From assembly GCF_006345805.1 (NCBI RefSeq), contig NC_043011.1:44280464-44344463 (forward strand): DNA of 64,000 nucleotides. The letters run 5' to 3'. The DNA is from Octopus sinensis. Taxonomy: Eukaryota. Both the position numbers and the translations under genes were made by a program. Below, one piece after another: positions 11,501 to 23,834 of the stretch. Under the pieces are notes generated by a model, which worked only from the letters and a program-made list of their open reading frames with translations, had not been told where the DNA came from and did no database searches. Each line of letters starts with the position of its first letter. Positions within the stretch are counted from its first letter, which is position 1.

Positions 11501-12620
11501 TATAATTTAGAGAAAACAATTAAGCAATTCAATAGTGAAAGACGTTATTCACACCATATAGAATAGATATACTATAAAAACCTTATTCTAAAAATCAATA
11601 AAGTACATAAACCATAAATAGTAAATACTAGTAGTAGTACTACTACTACTTACTATTTATTGTTTATGTACTTTATTGATTTTTAGAATAAGGTTTTTAT
11701 AGTATATCTATTCTATATGGTGTGAATAACGTCTTTCACTATTGAATTGCTCAATAGAAGTTTTTTCTCTAAATTATATATATATACATATAAATGTATA
11801 CAAATTCTCCACTTGGAATGACCAAGTTTAAAAACTGCTGGATCTCACTCATAAGGGAATTTTACACTGTGTATAAACTCTACATTTGGAAGGATGCATT
11901 TTAAATTCTGTTGGACTTTTGGACTTTACCCATAGAGTATTGGAATCTTACATATATACCATTCTGCCTAAAAAATGGATCTACAACTTCAGTATCCCTA
12001 CATATCTCACATCTATTTTCTTTCCTCCACCTCACTCTGTGTTTTGTATCACATCTAAACTAACTATGACTTAACCATCCTCTCACACTGTCTCTGATGA
12101 AGGGATGTAATTAATAAATATCCTGGAAACAGCTGTAAGACCTATCTATAAATGTTCTATCTTCACAGCCTTAGTTTCTTATCTCATTATGCAAAAAATT
12201 CTTATATATATATATATATATATATAAGCAAAGTTGCTAGTTTAAAAAATCCTTATAAGAGATGAAAGTACTAACTATACTGAGAAGCAATGTTTATCAC
12301 CGCATCAATATGGCTGTTTGATGTTACTACCGTTTTTAACCCTTGGAAGCGCCTCCTGCAGCTGGCTATTCGATGCAATCTGCACTTGATATATATTGCA
12401 AGCCGAGGAGTGAACCCCTACCATCTTCTAGCAGACAATGGGATCACCAGACTGAATGGTTTCAAGCTATTTGTATCCATCCTCAATGGGGAACACCCAT
12501 CTGCTAGAGATAGCAGGAATTCACTCCATCTCGCAGTATATAGAAAACCAAGTGACAATCAGTCACTGATCATGCAACAAGCAAAGTAGCCCGTTAGAAA
12601 ATATGATGGGACCCTCCCGT
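11501..12620 (+). mobile_element. Penelope-like element remnant(s): fold-back end, pLTR with hammerhead, degenerate ORF
   Basis: Hairpin 11501-11778, hammerhead at 12090 and a (TA)n tract. The downstream ORF 12290-12589 contains LAVYRKP, resembling the PLE RT VYRKPT motif. Confidence 0.5.
12090..12141 (+). ncRNA. Minimal type I hammerhead ribozyme (Penelope-like)
   Basis: gtct-CTGATGA(12094-12100)-agggat..atcctg-GAAA(12126-29)-CAGCTG palindrome-TA-agac. Stem I gtct/agac is perfect; the first stem II pair is non-canonical (A.G). Confidence 0.75.
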
Positions 12621-13299
12621 TGAAGATAGCATGTCAGAGTTCAGCTTTTGCCAAATGAAACACACAAATGATTTGTTTATTGTGATCAAATGTATGTACT
12701 GTACACTAGCTCACTCCCTCTTTCAAATCGATGTTACCTGAACCAGTGAAAGGTATACTATGCATCAGGTGTCAAAGTAATTGCAGAGCAATGTGAGAAT
12801 ATATACACATCTATACATGTACATACCTGCACGGCTTACACACGTGTGTATTAATTATGTAACCAGAAAGAATTGAAGAGCTGAGTTAAGATATTGAAAG
12901 ACAGACAGTCATGTAGATAGATACAGAGGTTGACATATAGAGAAAGACAGGTAGATAGTTAGTTAAGTGAATAGACAGGTAGATAAATAAATAGTAACAG
13001 CTAAATAGACAGGTAGGCTAACAAATAGATTAATAGACAAATGGATGGATAGATATGTAGGCACTCTCCAAATTGACATTGCCTGAACAGGCGTACGGTG
13101 TATCACGCATCAGGTGTTAAAGTGATTGCAGAGCAATTTGAGATGAAGTGTTTTGCTCAAGAACACAATACACCACTCAGTCTAGGAGTATAAATCACAG
13201 CACATTAGTAAAAGTTCCACAACAGGAAGTTCTTAATAGTTGCAATGTGAACAGGTAGACTCCTGGAAGAAGCAGAAGGTAAGTCTGTAGTGTTAATAT

Positions 13300-13740
13300 G
13301 ACATTGTTTGGTAGGTAGATAAAAGTTACCACAGGTAAAAATCTTGGGATTGAAAGAGGAAAGGTTTGCAGATTTATCTTTACAGCTGTTTCAAGAATAG
13401 TTGTGTAATTGTTGCAGTTCTCTACATGTTGCCTGCATACAAAGTTTTGTGGCAACCTATTCCATCTTCAGAGGTTAATGGATTGAAACTGATTATAGAA
13501 GAAAGGATGGAAGTGATTGGAATGGGACTGAAAAGAGCATTAACTGTGTGTACCCTTAAAGTATGAGGTCAGTTGGAGTGGGGACAGGAGAACTGAGATG
13601 TGAACTGATAGTACAAAAGTGTATGAGAGAGAGTGAGAAATTGAGAGATAGGAAATGAGAGAATGGGTTGAAAGCAATGAAGAATTAGCTTTGAGTGATT
13701 GATATTGGATTTGCAATATTTCAGTAATTTATTTGCTTTA
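13300..13740 (-). mobile_element. Penelope-like pLTR remnant
   Basis: Contains the degenerate hammerhead with the same GAAACAGCTGTA block as the 12.1-kb copy, in the opposite orientation. Confidence 0.45.
13377..13475 (-). ncRNA. Degenerate hammerhead ribozyme (Penelope-like)
   Basis: Minus strand: acct-CTGAAGA-tggaatag...ctattctt-GAAA-CAGCTG-TA-aaga. The core and helix III are intact, stem I is decayed and the stem II loop is long. Confidence 0.55.
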
Positions 13741-14849
13741 ATTGTCAACTTCAAACAAAAGCCTTGTGAGTGGATTTGGTAGACGGAAACTGAAAGAAAC
13801 CCATCACGTATGTTGGTGAGTTTACGGCCCTGTAACTTAGTAGTTCAGAAAAATAAAATAATAAAGACTGATAGAATAAGTACCAGGCTTTATAAAAAAC
13901 AAGAACTAGGGTCAAATCGTTCAGCTAAAACCTTTCAAGCTGTACTCCAGCATGGCCACAGTCTAATGACCAAGAGAATTAAAAGATAAAAGCACTTCTC
14001 TCTTTCCTTTCATTGATGAAAAGACATTCCTGAAACTAATCGGAAATGTTTGTTATTCACACAAAAAATTATTTTAACAACACAATATTTTATATATATA
14101 TATATATTTATTTATTATTATTTATTTCCAGTTTTTTGAGAATATTTTATAAAAAAAATTAATTAAAGGAATAATTTTTATAAATATTGGGAGCAGAAGA
14201 GAGAAAAATATTAAAAGTATTTTTGTAGTTTTTTTTTTAACCATAGGAATTAACAAGTATTTGAAATAAAAAATTAAAAAAAACAATCAATGGAAAGCCA
14301 CAAAAAATTGCAAAAAAAGTCCTTTTCTTAAATCCTTATAATATAAATAACACAAAGGAATCACATTGGAATACATAAATAATAATTATCATTATCATTA
14401 TTATATGAGAAATTATTTAATATTTTTTTACAGTGCTGTATTTTTTCCAAATTAACTCTCTTGAATGATTGACAATTATCTCCCTTGGTGTCATGCAGCA
14501 GTTTTATGGGAGGTAATTGTTGTTACGTTATTGTGGCAATCATGGGTCTTTAGTCATCCAATTTTGAGAAACTTTGTTCCACAATAACAAAAGAAAAAAA
14601 AAAAGGATTAATGTAGAGACTTTTGGCCAAGTACATTTGGTTTAGGGGTCATTTGACTCTAGTTTCTAATAACATTCTAAGACTGTTGTTGTTTAACATC
14701 AAGTCAGATATGAATAAACAGATTTATGTTCAAAGAATTTCAAGCTGTGTCCATCCTATCTTTTATTTATGCTAAATTATCCAATGTAAAATTTTAAAAA
14801 ATACAATAGAGAAATTTAGCTGCTATTTCTAACAGATTTTAGCAACCAC

Positions 14850-15050
14850 AAAGAGGCTCCCTCACAGACTTGAGTCTGTGAATAGTCCATGTGACATAGA
14901 AGTATTGTGAGTGCCCTGTATGACACAGCAAGGGAACCACATGGAATAGGGTGCCTGTGAGTTGCCCATGTAGCACAGGAAGATTATGAGTGACCCACAT
15001 GACATAACAAGTGACCAGGATCACATAGGGAGTCTGCGGATGACCCAGAG
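14850..15050. repeat. Degenerate ~28-bp minisatellite
   Basis: Units such as tgtgagtgccctgtatgacacag / tgtgagttgcccatgtagcacag / tatgagtgacccacatgacata. Confidence 0.55.
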
Positions 15051-15317
15051 GACAGAGGGAAAAACTGTTTGCTAAGCGAAGTTGCTCCATGACAGTCATT
15101 CTGTCATCAATTTGTTGAGTTTTACTCCCTTCGAGTGTTACTTGTGTGGAGTTTAACTCGTCATTTGCTCCTGTAGTGAGATATTAAATCTCAAGAGCCA
15201 AATCTTGTACCTGTAGCCATTGTAGATGTCCTGATTATAGCAGGAGAAGCAGAAGAGAAAATAGGTCTAAGAAAGACAAATAATTCCCCTTATGAACAAC
15301 CTAAAATTTTCCCCAAA

Positions 15318-15693
15318 TATCTGTATTTGAAAATATTTATGTATGTATGTATGTATGTATGTATGTATGTATGTATGTATGTATGTGTGTATGTATGTAT
15401 GTATGTGTGTATGTGTGTATGTATGTATGTATGTATGTATGTATGTATGTGTGTATGTATGTGTGTATGTATGTGTGTATGTGTGTATGTATGTATGTAC
15501 GTATGTATGTATGTATGATGTATGTATGTATGGTGTGTATGTATGTATTATGTATGTATGTGTGTATGATGTGTGTATGTGTGTATGTATGGATGTATGT
15601 ATGTATGTATTGTATGTATGTATGTGTGTATGTATGTATGTATGTATGTATGTATGTATGTATGTATGTGGTGTATGTATGTGTGTGTATGTA

Positions 15694-15728
<35 letters not shown>

Positions 15729-16032
15729 ATGTGTGTGGTATGTATGTATGTATGTGTGTATGTATGTATGTATGTATGTATGTATGTGTGTATGTATGTG
15801 TGTATGTATGTGTGTATGTGTGTATGTATGTATGTACGTATGTATGTATGTATGTATGTATGTATGTATGTATGTGTGTGTGTATGTATGTATGTATGTG
15901 TGTATGTATGTGTGTATGTGTGTATGTATGTATGTATGTATGTATGTATGTATGTATGTATGTGTGTATGTATGTATGTATGTATGTATGTATGTATGTA
16001 TGTATGTATGTGTGTGTGTATGTATGTATGTA

Positions 16033-16065
<33 letters not shown>

Positions 16066-16130
16066 ATGTGTGTGTGTATGTATGTATGTATGTGTGTATG
16101 TATGTGTGTATGTGTGTATGTATGTTTATG
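15318..16130. repeat. Long (TATG)n/(TG)n compound microsatellite (~810 bp)
   Basis: Directly visible; it produces the spurious MYVC/HTYI ORFs. Confidence 0.98.
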
Positions 16131-16431
16131 TGCATTTATGTGATTGTGTTTTATTCTCAATTCACCCGTATTTTATATTCGACAAAGATTTTAGAAGAAA
16201 AAGAAGAAATTCATAAATATTGTTTTCAAAGACTATTCTGAGAATAATGCTTTTTTTTTTTTATCTTTTTCTGTTTTATTTGAAGTTGAGCACAAAGTCA
16301 GATATATCTTGGTTGCTATGGTTTCTTTGTCTTTTTTTTTTTTGCCTTTTTTGGTAAAGATGTGACATTGAGGCTTTTGTATAAATGGGTTTAAGTAATA
16401 TGAAATGAAACTAAATTAGATTCTTTGATAG

Positions 16432-16598
16432 GTATTTATAAAGATGTTTCGGTGCCAAAGTACTTACCACCAGTTACTTTTAGAACTGTGGGTCTGATGG
16501 TGTCTTCTAGATCTTTCTCCATGTTTAAGCACCACAGGGTTTGCATCAAATACATCCAGGAATGATGACAGGGAAAACAACATCAACAAGAACCACAT
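16432..16598. CDS. Ambiguous exon-like island open on both strands
   Basis: Plus strand: ctttgatAG|..IYKDVSVPKYLPPVTFRTVGLMVSSRSFSMFKHHRVCIKYIQE* (16432-16565). Minus strand: MWFLLMLFSLSSFLDVFDANPVVLKHGERSRRHHQTHSSKSNW or MEKDLEDTIRPTVLKVTG ending at a GTAAGTA donor (16461-16467). The strand cannot be resolved by eye. Confidence 0.2.
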
Positions 16599-16869
16599 CA
16601 GCAACAACAAATAATAATAATGATGATAATAATAATAATAATAATAATAATTACAACAACAACAACAACAATAATAATAATGATAATAATAATTTTTCCT
16701 TTATCTCTCTGTCTTCCCCTTTTCCTCTATCACGTGATTCTGTAAGTGAACAATCTGGTGTGCTTGTTTTAATGGCCTACCAATGTATACAGTATGTTTC
16801 CCTCCCCTAGGTGTCAGGAAGACACTCGACAAGAAATGGAAACAGAATTGGAAGAAGATGCTAATGAAA

Positions 16870-16992
16870 GTAATAATAATAATAATAATGATAATAATAA
16901 TAATAATAATCATAATAATAATAATAATAATAATAATGATAATAATAATGATAATGGCCAAAATAACAATCCTTTCTATTACAATAATGACG

Positions 16993-17038
<46 letters not shown>

Positions 17039-17097
17039 TAATAATAATGATAATAATAATGACAAAAATAACAATCTTTTCTATTACAATAATGACG

Positions 17098-17128
<31 letters not shown>

Positions 17129-17181
17129 TAATAATAATGACAAAAATAACAATCCTTTCTATTACAATAATGACGATGATG

Positions 17182-17219
<38 letters not shown>

Positions 17220-17222
17220 CAC
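16870..17222. repeat. (AAT)n with 3 copies of an embedded higher-order unit
   Basis: aaaataacaatc(c/t)tttctattacaataatgacgat occurs three times within (AAT)n. Confidence 0.9.
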
Positions 17223-18582
17223 CATCACATACAGAAAAATTTGAAATTGAAAAAGTAGAGAATAAAAATGATTGTTTCAGTTGAATTTGTTACCACAGTT
17301 ATGATTTTGGAGTTGTTTAGGGCAAAAATATATAAAAGCCAACAGCAAGAAGAACATCTATGAACATATGATTAGAAAAGATCTCGTTACAAAAATACAT
17401 TACAGTGAATACTTAGAGATCAATATTTCTGATCATCAGGAAAATACAGTGATAGGTGTGTGTGTGTGTGTGAAGAAGAAGAAGGAGAAGAAGAAGAAGA
17501 AGAAGAGAAGAAGAAGAAGAAAAGAAGAAGACATAGTACAGAATTTATTAATGCAGAATATGTGATGGTTTGGAAGAAACCCTAAATTAATTATTTGCTC
17601 CAGATTTGATATTGACGAGGGAATATTTAAGGAAATATCTTAAGAAAAAAAATTAAAAAAACAAAAAAAAAAACTATTGTGCATTCCAGGTCAAAGACAC
17701 TAACACTGCTGAGGTAAGACTTGAACTCATAACCATCTGATCACTAATGCTAAACCGTAATTTTCAATATTTGTTTATTCCATATTGTTGTTTAATTGAA
17801 AGAAGAGGGATTAAAATCCCTGAGTATTTTATGGATCCATATTTTGGCCCAGGGCCTGCAATTTCAAGATGAGGAAGTGGATTACATTGACCCCAGTGCT
17901 AAATTGGGGCTTTATTTTATTGACCCCAAAAAGGATGAGCAGTCAGGTTGACTTTGATGGGATTTGAACATGAGTAAGAATAAATGCCACAAAGCATTTT
18001 GACTGGGGGGTGGAGTGGGGGCTAATGGTTCTGCCCATTCACTACCTTAAAGATTTGTTACACACTCAAACAAACACACACACACATCACCACCATACAC
18101 ATACATCACAATCACACCCACACACAAACACGTATACACACATCACCACCGTACACATACATTGCAATCATATACACACACACACATGCACAAACACATA
18201 TATACACATAACCACCATACACATACATAACAATCACACACAAACATAAACGCATATACGCACATAACCACCACACACATACACACACCATACACATAAC
18301 CACCATACACATACACACACCATACACATACACACACCATACACATAACCACCATACACATACGTCACAATCACATACACATACATTGCCACTGCATACA
18401 CAGATGAACACAACCCAAACATACATATACACACATTACAATCATATATGTCATGATCACGTGCATAAATTATAATTGCAAATACACATTATCAACACAC
18501 ACACACACACACACACACTCACACATACAAGCACAAATATATAGAAACACACTTTATAAACCTATGCATACAGATCTATATG

Positions 18583-18910
18583 TGGAGGCGCAATGGCCCA
18601 GTGGTTAGAGCAGTGGGCTCACAGTCGTAGGATAGCGGTTTCAATTCCAAGACTGGCCGTTGTTCCGGCAGGGATGGCAGTGTGGCGAACCCTGCTATAC
18701 TCTTTCACCACAACATTCTCTCACTCCTTCTTCCTGTTTCTGTTGTACCTGTATTTCGAAGGGCCAGCCTTGTCTACATTATGTCTCATGCTGAATCTTC
18801 CTGAGAATTAATTACATTAAGGATACAGGTGTCTGTGGAGTGCTCAGCCACTTGCAAGTTAATTTCACGAGAAGGCTGTTCCATTGATAGGATCAACTGG
18901 AACCCTCGTC
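18583..18910 (+). mobile_element. tRNA-derived SINE family C
   Basis: ggaggcgcaatggcccagtggttagagcag A-box; gcggtttcaattcc B-box. Confidence 0.8.
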
Positions 18911-19342
18911 ATCACAGATCAATATGCATCGATCTTCGTATTATAGATCTATGAGCATTATCCATAGATGTGAAGGGAGATTACTCGTCTTACTCATACC
19001 AAATATATACAAATATACAAGGATCACTCAACCAAATGCCATCAATATAACACTTAATTACTCTCTCCTAATTAACTTGTGGTAATTGTGGATTGACGGG
19101 ATATCATTTCATTGATCCTGCGTCTAGTTTTGGTGGAGATGGCTGTAGTTGTTGTTGGGAGGTAGTTGTGATGGTGATAATGTTGGCATTGATAGCAGAG
19201 ATGTAGTGGTGTTGGTGGTGGTGGTTGTTGTTGTTGTTGCTGGTGGTGGTGGTGTCGGTGTGTGTGTGTATAGATATATGTATATGTACACACACACAAA
19301 CACACGTGCACACATATTATATGTACATATATATAATACATA

Positions 19343-19377
<35 letters not shown>

Positions 19378-19521
19378 TATAAATATATACTATGTGTGCA
19401 TCAATCTATGTAAATATATATATGTATATATATATATATATATTATATATAATATAATATATATATAACACATATATATATGTATGTATCTCTCTCTCCT
19501 CTTTCTCTTTGTCTATATCTA

Positions 19522-19553
<32 letters not shown>

Positions 19554-20031
19554 ATTCTATCTTATGCATATATATATATGTTGGTGCTGACTAGCAGACT
19601 TGATCACTTAGTGACGACTATACTTGTGCCTTTGGGCTGAAAATTGCAAATAGCCACCTCGATAAATTTATATATATATATATATATATAATATATATAA
19701 TTATATATATAATATTATATATATATTTATATATATATATATTTATATATATATATATTTATATATATATATTATATATATATTATATATATATATTATC
19801 TTTTAAGATATATATATATATTATTATAATATATATATTTATATATAGTGTGTGTATATGTTTATATATGCAATCACTTCGACATCTGCCCATGTGGTAA
19901 GTCATGAACTGGTACAAGTGTTATTGAGCTGATGAAGAGACTGAGCTAACATGCAGCACATAATCATTTATGCAAGTCGTTCAGTAAGAAACTCAAAAAT
20001 TGTCTTTCTAGGAGTGAGAGATTACCAACGA

Positions 20032-20072
<41 letters not shown>

Positions 20073-20889
20073 TTACAATTGAGGATAAAATCTTTATAAG
20101 AAATTATCAGTAGTTAGCGTGAAAAACCTCGTAAGGGAAAAAATCCGTAAATTTTTCCACTTTGAAAATATTTATTTATATTATTTGAGGGTACTACTAT
20201 TCGTAGATACCACACGCTAAGAGGGACCAATGCGGTCAAGACTACTAAAATAAACAAAATTTTACCGAATGCAAAATTTTTTGCATTCGGTAAAATTTTG
20301 TTTATTTTAGTAGTCTTGACCGCATTGGTCCCTCTTAGCGTGTGGTATCTACAAATAGTAGTACCCTCAATATAATATATATATATATATACATGCATGT
20401 ATGTCTATGTATGTTTATGTATATTAGATGTTAAAAATGCATGTGAGAAATAATTTTTTGAGACAGAAACTGGGTGTAGAATAAAACAGTGTTAAGAATG
20501 AATGATGTCTCCATTCTCTGGAAGACAGAATTGCCAAAAATGTGCGATGTGTGCGACTTTAAAAGTTGACGGGTGTAAAAGGTAACTGTGACACTGACGA
20601 TTAGACCCAAAACTTGGCGAAGATATTCTGCCTTTTTACCATTTCGATTGTGTATTTTTCTTTCTCTGTTCTTTGTATACAGTTTTTGAAATTTTAATTA
20701 AATTTTTGAACAACATTATTTTTTTCTGTTTTAGATTTAAATTCTTAAAAAAAAATTATTTGAAAAATTTTTACCTTGTTTTCAGATTTTTTTTTTTTTT
20801 AATTCTGTGCGACTTGATGCAAATTTTAAAACAAATTTGGAAAGAAATACAAGGAAACATACATACCAATGGCAAGAATGATGATAATA

Positions 20890-21371
20890 ATGGTTTCAAA
20901 TTTTGGCACAAGGCCAGCAATTTCAAGGGAAGGGATAAGTCAATTGCAGTGATAAACTGGTACTTATTTTATCGACCCTGAAGGGATGAAAGGCAAAGTC
21001 AACCTCGGCAGATTTTGAACTCAGAATCTGAAGATGGATGAAATGCTACTAAGCATTTTGCCTTATGTGTCGATGATTCTACCAGCTCGCTGTCTGAATG
21101 TTAATGATAATAATAATAATAATAATAATAGTGATGATGATGATGATGATCCTTTCTACTAAAGGCTCAAGGTCTGAAATTTTGGTGGGAGGGAGCTAGT
21201 CAATTAGATCGACCCCAGTGCTTGTCTGGTACTTATTTTATCAACTCTGAAACGATAAAAGGCAAAGTCGACCTCGGCGGAATTTGAACTCAAAATGATA
21301 AGACAGACATAATACTACAAAGCATTTTGTCTGGCATGTTAACCATTCTGCCAGCTCACAACCTTAAGAAA

Positions 21372-21407
<36 letters not shown>

Positions 21408-21620
21408 TTCTATTATAGGCACAAGGCCTGAAATTTGATGGGGAGAGGGTTAGTCGATTATATCGACTCCAGTGTTTCACTGGTACTCAATTTATCGACC
21501 CCGAAAGGATGAAAGGCAAAGTTGACCTCAGCAGAATTTGAACTCAGAACGTAGAGGGCTGGCGAAATACCGCGAAGCATTTCGTCCAGCATGCTAACGA
21601 TTCTGCAAGCTTGCCACCTT
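20890..21620 (-). mobile_element. Tandem array of 3 family A SINEs
   Basis: Three copies of gaaaggatgaaaggcaaagtc(g/a)acctcggc..tttgaactc separated by (AAT)n. Confidence 0.85.
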
Positions 21621-21655
21621 AGGAAAAATGAATAATAATGATAATAATAATAATA

Positions 21656-21698
<43 letters not shown>

Positions 21699-22267
21699 CA
21701 ATGGTAGATATTGTCACCATCATCATCAACAATAACAACTGTAAAGCAATGACAATAACAACTAACAACAACAACAAGAACAGCAACACCAATAACACCG
21801 GAAAATTTTTGAATAAATTATAATGATGTTTTTTTAAATATATTTTCATCTTGGCGCATGATCCATTTTCCTTTCTTAAAACCTCACCGAAGAAAAGATA
21901 CTAGTCATTGTGTATTACTTGTACATACTTTATGACCATCGTTCCTCCACTAAGAGGAACTTTGTGCATTAGTTGAAATAATCCTTCCATGGATTTACAG
22001 CAGAAATCCTCATAAAGCATTGAAATGCATCTCAAGAGAGATTAACGTAAACTATTAACCTACAGCTCGATAGTTGTCTCCCTTTATAAAGTGATATCAG
22101 GTGAGCACACATACCCGTCGTTACCCTGACACCTTGAAGCGCTTCATACATATATGTGTGTATGTATTTGTGTGTGTGTGTATGTGTGTGTGTGTGTGTG
22201 TATGTATTGCGCATATACGTATGTATTTATTCAGGTATGTATGTATTTATGTATGTATGTACGTATA

Positions 22268-22310
<43 letters not shown>

Positions 22311-22659
22311 CTTGTGGAGGCGCGTGACTTAGTGGTCAGAGTGTCAGCATCATGATCATAAGGTTGTGGTTTCCATTCCAGTCAGAATTTTGGATAATTC
22401 TTTATTAGTGCTTTCATTCATTTAACTCACTCTTCAAAAAAAAAAAAAAATGGAACCAAAATAGTAAAATGATGAAATGTTTTGTTTTTATTATTTTGGT
22501 TCAATTTTTTTGAAGAGTTCAGTGAAATGAACAAATCCTCCTTTTCCTTGATATATATATATATATATATGATGTTGATGATGATGATGATATATATATA
22601 TACATACATACATACATATACATACATATATATATATACATACATACATATACATACAT

Positions 22660-22925
22660 GTGGAGGCGCAATGGCCCAGTGGTTAGAGCAGTGGTCGTAG
22701 GATCGCGGTTTCGATTCCCAGACTGGGCGTTGTGAGTGTTTAGTGAGCGAAAACACCTAAAAGCTCCATGAGGCTCTGGCAGGGGGTGGTGATCCCTGCT
22801 GTACTCTTTCACCACTCCGCTTAGCCAGCGGGGTGGCGTCATTCGAAGGCTAAAACAATGCGAACGCATTGTGACCAGCGATGTGTAACACCATCTGATG
22901 GTCTGGTCTGTTACGTGGTCACATA
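22660..22925 (+). mobile_element. SINE family C
   Basis: ggaggcgcaatggcccagtggttagagcag..cgcggtttcgattcccagactgggcg. Confidence 0.85.
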
Positions 22926-23159
22926 TGTACATACATACATATATATATATACACACACGTGTGTATTAATGTTTTTAGTTATTGTCAGATATTATTTGAA
23001 GGATCACTTAGTTATTAGATGTAGAGTATCATATATGTTTGGATTTTTAAGAAGAAAAGCGTAGACAGTGACTTTGAAGTTTTTGGTTAATTGCTTTCAT
23101 CACAAAGGTGACAACGTCAAAACTTTAAAGACACAGTGAAGCATTTCATTGTAAAAGCA

Positions 23160-23190
<31 letters not shown>

Positions 23191-23598
23191 TATGCAAGTA
23201 CACTGATTTGACACGTTGAATGATGGGTAAAATAGCATCAAGTAAACTCGTCTCTTATTGAGAGGTGAGTAGATAGTTGAAAGTCCGACAGGTCGCATTA
23301 TTGAAGGATGTGTGTGACATAAATGCAATAGACTAGCACCTTAGGGTGGTATATCAGCCTCTCATCACTTTAATAGTTTAGAGGCTGGGCCAAAGATGAA
23401 CAACAAAAGAATAACAAAAATAAATTGCCAATGTAGTTGTAACTTATGGGAAGGTAACAGATAAATATATATATTTCCAATTTTTTTTTTTTTTTTAGCC
23501 ATTTTACATTATGAAAGTAGGGACATACAAAAGGTTACAGAATTCTGACAAAAAATAACAGTAACCCACAATGGAATTATATCTTACACAAAGGCAAC

Positions 23599-23630
<32 letters not shown>

Positions 23631-23753
23631 TATATATATACATATGTATGTATATGTATATTTATTATATGTATATGTACATGTGTATGTGTAAATATAT
23701 ATATTTATGTATATATGTATACACAAACACTCACACATATCGATATATATATT

Positions 23754-23834
<81 letters not shown>

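Noticed and set aside
15267-16241. Long 195-297 aa ORFs (MYVC.., HTYI..)
   Set aside because: They are translations of the (TATG)n microsatellite. The same applies to the many IYIY, CVCV, NNNN, IIII and YLSI ORFs in the track.
16468-16598. Wnt-like first exon (signal-peptide-like, ending KSNW|W at a phase-2 donor)
   Set aside because: I found no downstream Wnt exon (ECQxQF, RWNC) on the minus strand, and the nearby phase-2 acceptors give TGA. It is kept only as an ambiguous exon island.
18583-18660. tRNA genes at the SINE heads
   Set aside because: A and B boxes are present, but there is no complete cloverleaf or acceptor stem and the sequence continues into SINE bodies.
19925-20005. CTGATGA...GAAA hammerhead-like core
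   Set aside because: No helix III or UH cleavage site between GAAA and the stem I partner; at most a deleted relic.
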